From the IMG/VR virus record IMGVR_UViG_3300034060_000856, positions 1-64,000 of that record: 64,000 nucleotides of DNA; one strand, 5' to 3'. The stretch's first letter is position 1. Every line of letters begins with the position of its first letter. Below the pieces are notes generated by a model. That model saw nothing but the letters and a program-made list of their open reading frames with translations. It made no database searches and was not told the origin of the DNA. The position numbers and the translations under genes were made by a program. This DNA comes from a virus. Shown here piece by piece: positions 28,550-37,648 of the stretch.

Positions 28550-28571
28550 ACTCCACTAACGTGTCGGTCTA
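28550..28571. repeat. 22-bp inverted repeat of 27148-27169
   Basis: actccactaacgtgtcggtcta is the reverse complement of tagaccgacacgttagtgaagt at 21/22 positions. Confidence 0.9.
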
Positions 28572-28619
28572 GAAACACGACCCCCATTTTAAAATGATCC
28601 CAAATATCAAAAAAAAATT

Positions 28620-28651
28620 TTTGGAAAATTTCTAGGAAATTCCTATCTTTG
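28620..28651 (+). promoter_or_regulatory. Bacteroidota promoter
   Basis: TTTG-N20-TATCTTTG. Confidence 0.8.
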
Positions 28652-28657
28652 TACCCT

Positions 28658-29275
28658 ATGGAAAAAAAGACTTGTACAAAATGTGGTGAAGACAAACCAT
28701 TAACAGAATTTTATAGTGGTAGGACAAAGTGTAAATTTTGTTATAGCGAACAGAAAAAAGAATACAGAGAGAAAAATAAAGACGACATAAATGAAAAGAA
28801 TAAAACATATTATTATGAGAACCATAATAGGATGTTAGAAAAAAAGAAGAAGTATAGGGAAAATAATACCGAAACCATTAAATCCTATAATACGGAATAT
28901 TTTAAAACGTATGAAAAAAAGAGAAGTGAGAAAGATATTTTATACCGTATTGGGCGATCTTTACATAATTCAGTAAGAGGTTGTTTAAGACAGAAAAAAT
29001 TCCTTAAAAATTCTAGGACATATGAAATACTGGGTTGTACGTATGAAGAATTTAAAACCCATATTGAATTAAAATTTGAACCCTGGATGAGTTGGGATAA
29101 TTATGGGTTATATAACGGAAAGGAATGTTATGGTTGGGACTATGATCATATTATACCCAAATCTTCGGCAAAGTCGGAAGATGAACTAATTAAGTTATTT
29201 CATTATTCAAATCTCCAACCTTTATGTTCTTACGCAAATAGAGTTATTAAAAGAGACTCATTAGATTGGGAATAA
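28658..29275 (+). CDS. HNH endonuclease with N-terminal Zn finger
   Basis: CTKC..CKFC; W.NYG...DHIIP...HYSNLQPL...N. Confidence 0.88.
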   Translation: MEKKTCTKCGEDKPLTEFYSGRTKCKFCYSEQKKEYREKNKDDINEKNKTYYYENHNRMLEKKKKYRENNTETIKSYNTEYFKTYEKKRSEKDILYRIGRSLHNSVRGCLRQKKFLKNSRTYEILGCTYEEFKTHIELKFEPWMSWDNYGLYNGKECYGWDYDHIIPKSSAKSEDELIKLFHYSNLQPLCSYANRVIKRDSLDWE

Positions 29276-29310
29276 AACCAAAACACCCATTTTAAAAATT
29301 CTGAAAAAAT

Positions 29311-29341
29311 TTTGGTAATTTCAAGATTAATTATATCTTTG
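29311..29341 (+). promoter_or_regulatory. Bacteroidota promoter
   Basis: TTTG-N19-TATCTTTG. Confidence 0.8.
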
Positions 29342-29366
29342 TAATTCAAACAAAAATTTGTAATAT

Positions 29367-30425
29367 ATGAAAAAAGGAAAAAACCATAGTCCAAAAAGTT
29401 CGTATGCTTGGAAAGAGGATAAGACGATTAAAAAAGATTGTTGTTATGAATGTGGTTCAACTGAAGATATACAGTATCATCATATCATACCAGAAAGTAA
29501 AGGTGGGGGAATGACAATACCTTTATGTATTATATGTCACGGTAAAGTACACGATGTTGATTTTGTAAAAATGAAAAAATTACAAAAAGAAGGTATTGAG
29601 AGAGCAAAACAAAATGGGGTTTATAGTGAAACAATAGAAGAGTTTTTATCAAAACCAAGTCATTCTGAAGCTGTAAGATTAATAGATACTTGGCGTTTTG
29701 ATATTGATCAAATTTGTCAAATGGTAAATTTATCCAAAAGTACCGTTAAAAAAATATATAAAATTATGGATGATAATGATTTACGTACAAACAAACAAAG
29801 ATATTATCCATATGTTGAAGAAGTACTTGAAACGGAATATTCTATATTTTTTGACTGGGATGACCATAAAGAATTTGAAGAACGTTATAAAAACCAACAT
29901 AAATTTTGGTCAAATGATACATATATTGATAATGTAGTTGAATACCATATATGGTTAGAAGATTTATTACATTACTTTTATAAGAATTTGGTAGATATTG
30001 AGTCTGGTCTTATATTTGTTTTAGAGAATACTAACCCAAAAGATGAACATTTTAAATGTTTTGACGATTATCTTTCATATGTTTTAAATAAAACACTTAT
30101 AGAATATTATTATCTTTTAAAATCAAATCATAAAAACTACGCTTGGCGATTGTTTTGGGAACGTACTATAGACCTAGAGAACTTCCTTGGTCACTTCCCA
30201 AAAGATGATATGGAAGAAGCTGAAAAATATTTGCTTAAGTACCTTAATAAGAAATTTAAAGAAGAATATCTAATTGCTAAAGTTCATATAATACCACATT
30301 ATGACGATGATATAAGAAAAATATATGATAGTGGAACTTCAGGTAATACAATTAAACGTATAAGACCTGACACCTATAAGGATTACAACACCAAAAAGGA
30401 TGTGGATTGTGATGAACTTTGGTGA
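29367..30425 (+). CDS. HNH endonuclease + resolvase-type helix/HTH + unknown C-terminus
   Basis: CYECG..HHIIP..KGG...PLCIICHGKVH; KEGIERAK..G; LSKSTV.K. Confidence 0.82.
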   Translation: MKKGKNHSPKSSYAWKEDKTIKKDCCYECGSTEDIQYHHIIPESKGGGMTIPLCIICHGKVHDVDFVKMKKLQKEGIERAKQNGVYSETIEEFLSKPSHSEAVRLIDTWRFDIDQICQMVNLSKSTVKKIYKIMDDNDLRTNKQRYYPYVEEVLETEYSIFFDWDDHKEFEERYKNQHKFWSNDTYIDNVVEYHIWLEDLLHYFYKNLVDIESGLIFVLENTNPKDEHFKCFDDYLSYVLNKTLIEYYYLLKSNHKNYAWRLFWERTIDLENFLGHFPKDDMEEAEKYLLKYLNKKFKEEYLIAKVHIIPHYDDDIRKIYDSGTSGNTIKRIRPDTYKDYNTKKDVDCDELW

Positions 30426-30452
30426 AATAAAACCCAAATATCAAAAAACCCT

Positions 30453-30953
30453 ATGGAAAAAAAGACTTGTGTTAGTTGCAATGAAAATAAAATTCAAACT
30501 GAATTTAGAAATAGAAATACTTGTAAGACCTGTGAGAATAAACATAGGTATGAAAGAAAGAAGTTGCAAAGGATGGATCCCCTATATGATAAGAAGTGTA
30601 AGGAGTACGATGTTAAAAGAAAAAGAAAAAAGGAACATGAATGTCCCCTTACCAATTTTAAACAGATAATTAGACAAGCCGTTAGAAAATCATTTAAAAG
30701 AAATGGGTATACCAAAAAATCAAAAACGCATTTAATACTTGGGGATGACTGGGGTGTTGTTAAATTACATTTTGAATCTTTATTTCAACCGGGTATGTCC
30801 TGGGACAATTATGGGTTATGGGAAATTGATCACATAAAACCATTATCCCTTGCCAGTACCGAAGATGAGGTTATCAAGTTATGTGAATATAAAAACCTGC
30901 AACCCCTCTGGAAGGAAGATAATAATAAAAAGGGAACCTTTTATATTTTATAA
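30453..30953 (+). CDS. HNH endonuclease, paralogue of 28658
   Basis: MSWDNYG.WEIDHIKP...NLQPLW..DN..K. Confidence 0.88.
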   Translation: MEKKTCVSCNENKIQTEFRNRNTCKTCENKHRYERKKLQRMDPLYDKKCKEYDVKRKRKKEHECPLTNFKQIIRQAVRKSFKRNGYTKKSKTHLILGDDWGVVKLHFESLFQPGMSWDNYGLWEIDHIKPLSLASTEDEVIKLCEYKNLQPLWKEDNNKKGTFYIL

Positions 30954-30959
30954 AATACG

Positions 30960-30989
30960 ACCCCATTCCCAATAAGAGTGGGGTTTTTT
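30960..30989 (+). terminator. intrinsic terminator
   Basis: ccccattc/gagtgggg plus T run. Confidence 0.85.
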
Positions 30990-31000
30990 ATTTATTGATA

Positions 31001-31012
31001 TATTTATAAATA
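31001..31012 (+). promoter_or_regulatory. putative phage late promoter (TATTTAT; here TATTTATAAATA), representative of >25 sites
   Basis: recurs 5-25 nt upstream of ATGs on both strands (e.g. 6541, 23955, 27112, 31397, 35384). Confidence 0.75.
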
Positions 31013-31021
31013 AAAAATAAT

Positions 31022-31378
31022 ATGAAAAAAATTATAAAACTAACAGAATCAGATCTTACAAGAATTGTTAAACGTGTAATGAATGAAGACGAAGATTTTG
31101 ATTCTTTAGTAAAAAAAGTTTTTGGTAAAAATACTCCAGATGTTTCTAAAGTTAATAATAAATATGAAATGACTGAAGATTATTCAGATAGAAAGGGTGA
31201 TTTGTACTCAAGTATTAATAGAATAATTGACGGTGAATTTAATGATGTTGACCCATCTGAAATTGTTGATGTGTTGAGTAACATATTAGATCATCATAAA
31301 AGTCAATCATATAGACGTAAAAATAACACTAGGGGTATTAGCTCTGATGAGGTGCTTAGAAATTTTAGTAGACGTTAA
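31022..31378 (+). CDS. leader-bearing protein (MKKIIKLTESDLTRIVKRV.NE)
   Basis: leader. Confidence 0.85.
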   Translation: MKKIIKLTESDLTRIVKRVMNEDEDFDSLVKKVFGKNTPDVSKVNNKYEMTEDYSDRKGDLYSSINRIIDGEFNDVDPSEIVDVLSNILDHHKSQSYRRKNNTRGISSDEVLRNFSRR

Positions 31379-31414
31379 TTTTAAAATAAATCAATATATT
31401 TATAAATAAAAAAT

Positions 31415-31669
31415 ATGAAAAAAATTATAAAACTTACAGAATCAGATTTAACAAGAATTGTTAAACGAGCGATTAAAGAATATCATTATGAAGATGATGA
31501 CGATGCTCACGGCGCATATGTGGATGAACGTGATGAATTAACAAGTGCTGTTATGAGATTATTAAAACCTTACTATGAAAAACACGGTGAGGAGATAACA
31601 CTTGATTTTATTGATGACATTAAAACTTTTTTGGAAGATGGGTTGCTAGGCGGTGACTCTTATAATTAA
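31415..31669 (+). CDS. leader-bearing protein
   Basis: promoter and leader nearly identical to 31022. Confidence 0.85.
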   Translation: MKKIIKLTESDLTRIVKRAIKEYHYEDDDDAHGAYVDERDELTSAVMRLLKPYYEKHGEEITLDFIDDIKTFLEDGLLGGDSYN

Positions 31670-31682
31670 GGAAATGATTTAA

Positions 31683-31712
31683 TCCCCATCTTCAGTAGAG
31701 GTGGGGTTTTTT
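31683..31712 (+). terminator. intrinsic terminator
   Basis: ccccatct/aggtgggg plus T run. Confidence 0.85.
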
Positions 31713-31818
31713 ATTTTTCTTCCTTTTGTAATGGGGGTATAAACCGGGCCCGGACTTCGTCCGTGGTTTTCTTGGTTCTTTGGCGACCTTTTTTTGAAAT
31801 GGCCAATATTTATCTTAT

Positions 31819-32394
31819 ATGAACATCATTATAACCGAAAATCAAAATAGTAAATTAAAAACAAAAATATTAGATTCGTTTGAAGATATTGGTGTGTTTA
31901 AAACATTAACAAGATATAGTCTGTCACCAAAAGGCCTTGATATTATTTTTAATAATGAATTTCCAGAATTTAATTGTGAGCATTTAGGTGCTTTATTTCA
32001 ATATTTCTACTTTAAAAACTTCTATGACAAAAGTTTTTCTTATGATTTTAATGGTAAAACTTATTTGGTTTTAACATCAAAAAGATTTGATGGTGTTATG
32101 GAGTATGATATAAAGGATTCCGAAAATAATGACGGTATTACAATACTTGCGACACCTTATTATGAAGGTGATTGTTTTATACCTGTTGATACCACGGATT
32201 ATTTTGTCGGAGACGATTATTATGAAATATGGGGTGAAGAACATTTTGATGGCATTTCACCACCGGAAAACTTTTCCAGTTTTGTTGAATTTTTTAATTG
32301 GTTTAAAATTGATGCTTTGGAACAAATGTTTGAAACTGTTATTCCCCATTTGGAAATGACAAGAGATAAATACGAAAATGGTGAGTTAAATTAA
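31819..32394 (+). CDS. leader-bearing protein
   Basis: MNIIITENQ. Confidence 0.8.
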   Translation: MNIIITENQNSKLKTKILDSFEDIGVFKTLTRYSLSPKGLDIIFNNEFPEFNCEHLGALFQYFYFKNFYDKSFSYDFNGKTYLVLTSKRFDGVMEYDIKDSENNDGITILATPYYEGDCFIPVDTTDYFVGDDYYEIWGEEHFDGISPPENFSSFVEFFNWFKIDALEQMFETVIPHLEMTRDKYENGELN

Positions 32395-32430
32395 TTTTCT
32401 TCCTTTTGTTGTTTTATATATTTATATTAT

Positions 32431-32955
32431 ATGAAAATCATTATTACCGAAGAACAACGTGAATATATTTCAGAAATGATTAAACTTAACATTAAGGTTG
32501 GGGATGTAATTATGGGTGGTAAATTTAAGAACAAGAAAGTTGTTGTTAAAACCATTGGTAAAAATGAAAAGGGGGATATTACAATTAATGGAAAACCATT
32601 ATTAAGGTTTAGATTAATAAAGGAAAATATAATGTCCGTATCTCGGCGTAAAATTATATGGTTACTTAGAAGATTGGGTGACCCAGAAATTAATGATTTA
32701 TTAAAATCTATCGTTGATGAATCTTTTGACTATAGTGATCCTTGTGACTACGAAACTTATGATAGTTATGAGTTTGAGATTGCAAATAATAGTACAATAA
32801 CATTTATTAATTCATACATTGAACTTTATGGTGAAGAACATTTTGATTCTACCGAACTTGAGGAGTTTGTTCATAAATTAATCATTAGTAAGTATAATTT
32901 CAAAATTCTACGAGAATATAGGGATCGTGAATGTGAGGATGAATCAGATTATTAA
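32431..32955 (+). CDS. leader + beta module (IKVGD...GGKFKNK) + RR module
   Basis: modules joined at ISE and IKE. Confidence 0.8.
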   Translation: MKIIITEEQREYISEMIKLNIKVGDVIMGGKFKNKKVVVKTIGKNEKGDITINGKPLLRFRLIKENIMSVSRRKIIWLLRRLGDPEINDLLKSIVDESFDYSDPCDYETYDSYEFEIANNSTITFINSYIELYGEEHFDSTELEEFVHKLIISKYNFKILREYRDRECEDESDY

Positions 32956-32968
32956 CTATTTATAGATT

Positions 32969-33709
32969 ATGAAAATCATTATTACCGAAGAACAATTTAA
33001 TAACCTCATCCCCCCATCTGTTAAAAGAAGGATGAACCCGGAAGATTTTGTTCTTATTGATAATATTATTCAAACTAATAAAAAATATTATTTAAACTTT
33101 TCTTTTGATATCTTTTTTGAAAGTCTTATACGTGATTCTTTAAATGAGTTTATTGAAGAATATAAAGTAAAAGAAATAAACCCAAGTCTTGATGGTGATG
33201 TTTGGGCGCTTGAAGAAAACCTTATTTATGAAATTTTCTGGCAATTAACTCCATTTCTAAAAAAGAAATATTACGATGAGTATTATGATTATTATATAGA
33301 GTATCATAGACGACGTGGAAATATAACTGAATCGGAACATCTTAAAGGTCTTTTTTCAGAACTTCCATCATCTCTTAAACGAAGGGTTACAATGGAAGAT
33401 CTAGAATGGCTTGATAAAAGTATTACTGGGGTAATTCCGGGAACACCAACAAGAAGAGACTTTGATCTTTTTTGTCAAGATGTTCTTGGTGATTTGCTTC
33501 ACGAATTTGTGGTTGAAAGAAAAGATGATGAAATTGATACAGTTGAAGATCCGGATTATGGTTTAGTGTATAGTGAAGATGGTTTTGATAAAGTTGCATC
33601 AATTTATTGGGAATTAATGCCCTTTCTTAAAAAAAGATATGAAATAAAACTTCGTCAATCCTTTGAAAGGAAAAGACAACAATTAAAAAATTTTTATGGA
33701 AAAATCTAA
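32969..33709 (+). CDS. leader + two tandem RR modules
   Basis: P.S.KRR...IYW.L.PFLKK.Y twice, joined at ITE. Confidence 0.8.
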   Translation: MKIIITEEQFNNLIPPSVKRRMNPEDFVLIDNIIQTNKKYYLNFSFDIFFESLIRDSLNEFIEEYKVKEINPSLDGDVWALEENLIYEIFWQLTPFLKKKYYDEYYDYYIEYHRRRGNITESEHLKGLFSELPSSLKRRVTMEDLEWLDKSITGVIPGTPTRRDFDLFCQDVLGDLLHEFVVERKDDEIDTVEDPDYGLVYSEDGFDKVASIYWELMPFLKKRYEIKLRQSFERKRQQLKNFYGKI

Positions 33710-34169
33710 ACTTGAAAATATGTCAGACGGAAGTCTATTAAAATATGTGCGTTACGTTGAGGACGTTGTTAAAGATGAATTTAGTAATTGGGATAGTGTA
33801 GATATTGATGATTTTTTTAATTATGTGTTTTACACAACGGTTATTGAAACTAAAATTAGTGGTCCGGTTGGTTCATTATCAAGACTTGATATTGAATATA
33901 TATTTTATGTTTTAAAAAATTCCGCTCTGGAGGCGGGCTCATTAATACGACCAAAGTTAAGTGAGACACCAATTGATTATGTGACAGCTGAAAAAGTTTT
34001 TATTCGTTATACAAGAAGTGGGTCCATTCAAACTTACTTGGGTAATGACCTAACGAATGGGTATTTATTCATTTTGAAGGAGGAAGACGATTTTGATCCT
34101 TGGTCTTGGGAAGTAACAGATGAAGATATGCGAGATAGTTCAATTAATGATGAATGGTTTGATGTTTAA
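33696..34169 (+). CDS. paralogue of 27457..27909
   Basis: shared motifs. Confidence 0.8.
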   Translation: MEKSKLENMSDGSLLKYVRYVEDVVKDEFSNWDSVDIDDFFNYVFYTTVIETKISGPVGSLSRLDIEYIFYVLKNSALEAGSLIRPKLSETPIDYVTAEKVFIRYTRSGSIQTYLGNDLTNGYLFILKEEDDFDPWSWEVTDEDMRDSSINDEWFDV

Positions 34170-34198
34170 ATTATATTTTTATCACCTATATATTAGTT

Positions 34199-34378
34199 AT
34201 GAATGACACACAAAAAGCAGAAAGGTATAATCAACTGATGTATGAATATACAAGAATACAAAATCAGATTTCATCCATAAAGGGAGAATCTTTAGAATTA
34301 AACGAAGGCCAGTTAAGAACAATTGGGGAACTTGAAAATAAGTTAAGGTTTCTTATGGAAACCGCATCTCGTTTGTGA
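34199..34378 (+). CDS. small coiled-coil protein
   Basis: 59-aa ATG ORF, below the track cutoff. Confidence 0.6.
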   Translation: MNDTQKAERYNQLMYEYTRIQNQISSIKGESLELNEGQLRTIGELENKLRFLMETASRL

Positions 34379-34400
34379 TAATATTATTAGTTATAATTTT

Positions 34401-34592
34401 ATGCGTAAAGTTAGAAGAAGAAAAAATCATATGAATATTATGGTTTTAAATGAACAAAATGAAATTGAGATTGTTCACGTACCAAACCACTTGGGAGATG
34501 AGTACATTAAACGATATAATTTAATGACAATTCAAACAAAAGATGAAATTTATGACTTTTTATTGGATCATAATAGTTTAAAAGTTAAATAA
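34401..34592 (+). CDS. hypothetical protein
   Basis: ATG ORF. Confidence 0.55.
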   Translation: MRKVRRRKNHMNIMVLNEQNEIEIVHVPNHLGDEYIKRYNLMTIQTKDEIYDFLLDHNSLKVK

Positions 34593-34637
34593 TAACTAAA
34601 AATTAGGTTTTTTTGGTTTATATAATATTTATTTTAT

Positions 34638-35036
34638 ATGAAAAAAACTATAAAACTTTCAGAAAGAAATTTATCACGTATTATTAAAAAAATAATTTTA
34701 GAAGAATTTAGTGATGACCAGCCTAAAGAGCTCTCATTAGATGAATGGAGTGATATATGGTATAATTTAAGACGTGAAAATAAAAGTTTTAACTATCCGG
34801 ATATGAATGGTGTGTTTAGCTTTGGTAATCTTGATTTTATGTTAAGTGAAGACGGTAAGTCGTTAGAACTTATTGAGTTTTTAAGAAGTCCACGTAATTG
34901 GGGAGACGATTATGAACAAGGTTCTAATGTTCTTGAAAAATATTTTGATAAACTATCAAGTATTGTTAATAATTCTAATTTAGGTTTAAGACTTAAAATG
35001 GGTCCTAGATACCATATGAAAATTGTAAAAGTCTAA
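34638..35036 (+). CDS. leader-bearing protein
   Basis: MKKTIKLSERNLSRIIKKIILEE. Confidence 0.8.
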   Translation: MKKTIKLSERNLSRIIKKIILEEFSDDQPKELSLDEWSDIWYNLRRENKSFNYPDMNGVFSFGNLDFMLSEDGKSLELIEFLRSPRNWGDDYEQGSNVLEKYFDKLSSIVNNSNLGLRLKMGPRYHMKIVKV

Positions 35037-35040
35037 ACTT

Positions 35041-35334
35041 ATGAAAAGATTACCCCCAGTTTTTATTAGAAGGTTTAACGGACATAAACTTGAAAAAATT
35101 ATGCGGAAGGGTGCTATTCACGCATATTTTGATACTACAAATAGAGAACAATTCAAAAAAGAATTGGCGTCATCGGCAGTTGATGGTTTTTTATATACAA
35201 TACATAGAATTGAGTCGGAAGAAGAATTAACAAAAGAAGATATGGATACTATTGTTGACTATATTATTGGGATTTATGGTTCTGTAATGGATATGTATTA
35301 TAATAATTTGAGAAAAGACTACCCAATGGGTTAA
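35041..35334 (+). CDS. RR-family protein
   Basis: FIRR; resembles the 23967 payload. Confidence 0.7.
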   Translation: MKRLPPVFIRRFNGHKLEKIMRKGAIHAYFDTTNREQFKKELASSAVDGFLYTIHRIESEEELTKEDMDTIVDYIIGIYGSVMDMYYNNLRKDYPMG

Positions 35335-35406
35335 TATCTGTAAAAAAGTTATATCATTAAAATAATTTTTTAAAACTTTGGTATATTTATAAATAAAATA
35401 ATAATT

Positions 35407-35742
35407 ATGGGAAAATTTGTAATTTCAGAAGAAGAAAAAAAAAGAATACTTAATATGCACCAATCACAGTATTCAAAAAATGTGTTAAAAGAGAATGTTA
35501 ATGTTAGTAAAGGTAGTATGTTAAATAATGGTAAAACCATTTTAAGTATTGGTAAACCAATGATGGCTGGTAACCCACCGTCAACCGCTGTGTTTATTGA
35601 AACTGAAAAAGGAAGTGGAGGAAATTTTGTTTGTAAAGCTCACGAAGCAAAAAAGTATTATCTACAACCAAATAGTACTAACCTACCACTAACACCAGAA
35701 GAATCTCAAGCATTATACGATACATATTGTAAGGCTGTTTAA
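35407..35742 (+). CDS. leader-bearing protein (ISEEEKKRILNMH...LKE)
   Basis: leader plus TATTTATAAATA. Confidence 0.8.
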   Translation: MGKFVISEEEKKRILNMHQSQYSKNVLKENVNVSKGSMLNNGKTILSIGKPMMAGNPPSTAVFIETEKGSGGNFVCKAHEAKKYYLQPNSTNLPLTPEESQALYDTYCKAV

Positions 35743-35761
35743 TTTAAAATCAAAAAATATT

Positions 35762-35790
35762 AAACCCATCTAAATTCTAGGTGGGTTTTT
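35762..35790 (+). terminator. intrinsic terminator
   Basis: aaacccatcta/taggtgggttt. Confidence 0.85.
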
Positions 35791-35812
35791 AATTTATACT
35801 ATATTTATTTAT

Positions 35813-36355
35813 ATGGCAAAATACATCATTTCAAAAAAACAAACGCTACTACTTGAAGCCACAGATTCAAAAAAGGTTGCAAATAAATTACTTGCTAGTA
35901 TTTTAAAAAGATATTATCCATATATTATTGGTGTTGAGATTGAAGAAAAAGATTATTATACAACATTGGTCAGTGCGAATATATACGTTGATTTAAATAA
36001 ATTTTACCAAACTACAAACACAACACCACCTTTAGAATACCTTGAATATGATTATTTACTAGATTTATTAGAAGACCCAAGTTCGTATTTGATGACTTAT
36101 GTTGATGAAAAATACAAAAAATCTTTTGCTGCAGTATTTAACCACATTCTTGAAGAAAACCTACAAAAAATATATCAAACATTACCGACTCATATTATTA
36201 AGACCAAATTTCAAAATATCCCAGATGATTATGAACCATCAACCATATCACCAGAGTTTATACAAAAATGGAAAGAGGAACTTGAACCGGTTGATTTAAG
36301 AATAGGGAAATTCATACCAACGGTTAACCTTGAAGAATTGAAAACTTTAAAATAA
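35813..36355 (+). CDS. leader-bearing protein
   Basis: KYIISKKQTLLLE. Confidence 0.75.
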   Translation: MAKYIISKKQTLLLEATDSKKVANKLLASILKRYYPYIIGVEIEEKDYYTTLVSANIYVDLNKFYQTTNTTPPLEYLEYDYLLDLLEDPSSYLMTYVDEKYKKSFAAVFNHILEENLQKIYQTLPTHIIKTKFQNIPDDYEPSTISPEFIQKWKEELEPVDLRIGKFIPTVNLEELKTLK

Positions 36356-36373
36356 CAAGATATTTATTTTATT

Positions 36374-37114
36374 ATGGGAAAAAAATTAATTATAACAGAA
36401 GAAGAAAAAAGACAAATAAGAAAGTCATATGGTTTAAATGAAAACTTGCCAGAATTAGATGCCTTCCCAATTGCCGGTGGTAGATATAACATTGGTTACG
36501 ATAATGATTGGGATGATTTTGGAAATCCTCGTGGTACCGCAAATTCAGATTATTCTAAAAAACCAACTTATGCTGGTGCTGGAGGACATTTAAAAGGACA
36601 TATTGGTGTTGATATCTTTGGATCAAAAGGTACACCAATTTTGGCACCTGTTGATGGTAAAGTAAAGTTTGGTGGTAATGGGCTAACTGTTATAATTGAG
36701 GATCCAGAAACCGGTTATTCACATTGGTTAGGACATTTAGATAGTAGAACTGTTGATGAAGGTGAATTTGTAACTGCTGGTACTAAAGTCGGTACATTAG
36801 GTGATTCTGGTAATGCTAAAGGAACCGCACCACATTTACATTATAATATTTATAAAACCTCTAGTGGTTTTTATTCAGGAGAAGATCCTTTGGACGTACT
36901 AAAAGGTGCTATGGATAAAAAAGGTGAAAACTTAAAAGATAAGGATCTTGATTCTATGGGCGAAAAATTTAAAAAAGCATTTAAAAACTTATTCAGTGAT
37001 GAAGAAAAAAATGAAAAGGGTGAAATTAGTGCTAAAGATGAAGAAGATTTATGGGATAAAATGAAAAAGGCTGGAAGTACCTTTTTTAATAAAATAGGAA
37101 ATTTTTTTAATTAA
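36374..37114 (+). CDS. leader + M23 peptidase
   Basis: HIGVDIF..KGTPI.APVDG, GHL, GNA..T.PHLHY. Confidence 0.9.
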   Translation: MGKKLIITEEEKRQIRKSYGLNENLPELDAFPIAGGRYNIGYDNDWDDFGNPRGTANSDYSKKPTYAGAGGHLKGHIGVDIFGSKGTPILAPVDGKVKFGGNGLTVIIEDPETGYSHWLGHLDSRTVDEGEFVTAGTKVGTLGDSGNAKGTAPHLHYNIYKTSSGFYSGEDPLDVLKGAMDKKGENLKDKDLDSMGEKFKKAFKNLFSDEEKNEKGEISAKDEEDLWDKMKKAGSTFFNKIGNFFN

Positions 37115-37115
37115 A

Positions 37116-37637
37116 ATGAAAAAATATATCCTAACAGAAGAACAAATAACAAAAGCTTTAACAAGTGGTGGAATCAAAAAAGGTATTGGTTTAAAAATCA
37201 ATGAGGGTGATTCTTTTTATTATAAATCAGTTATAAAAGAATTTGACAACGAAGATGATTTTGAAGAATGGAAAGATAATCTACCGGAAGATCAAAAAGT
37301 AGTTGGTGTCATTGATATTAAAAATGATACAATTACAGAGTCCATAAAACCGGAAGAATTAAAAAGATTAAGGAGAATCCAGGAGGTTAGAGATATTATA
37401 GATTTTCAAATGGAGATTCAATACCCTTGTAATTTTGATGATGGTGAAGAATATGCTGATTTTTGTATTGGAGAAGGAATGAGATTTTTCTATGGTGATG
37501 AAGACTATGAGAGAGAAGACGATATTTTTGCCGATGAAACTGAAGATCATATGAGAGATGAAATTGAAGAAATGATGATTGATGAATATTATAACCAACT
37601 AGTTGAGTTCTGGGAGGAAGAAAGTAAAGACTGTTAA
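37116..37637 (+). CDS. leader + small module + RR module
   Basis: MKKYILTEEQ; ITE junction; LRR, PCNF. Confidence 0.8.
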   Translation: MKKYILTEEQITKALTSGGIKKGIGLKINEGDSFYYKSVIKEFDNEDDFEEWKDNLPEDQKVVGVIDIKNDTITESIKPEELKRLRRIQEVRDIIDFQMEIQYPCNFDDGEEYADFCIGEGMRFFYGDEDYEREDDIFADETEDHMRDEIEEMMIDEYYNQLVEFWEEESKDC

Positions 37638-37648
37638 TATTTGTAAAG

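Noticed and set aside
31733-31797. GC-rich palindromes ccgggcccgg and cggac-ttc-gtccg
   Set aside because: Too short to assign and no partner site found; may be worth revisiting with the 27-28 kb elements.
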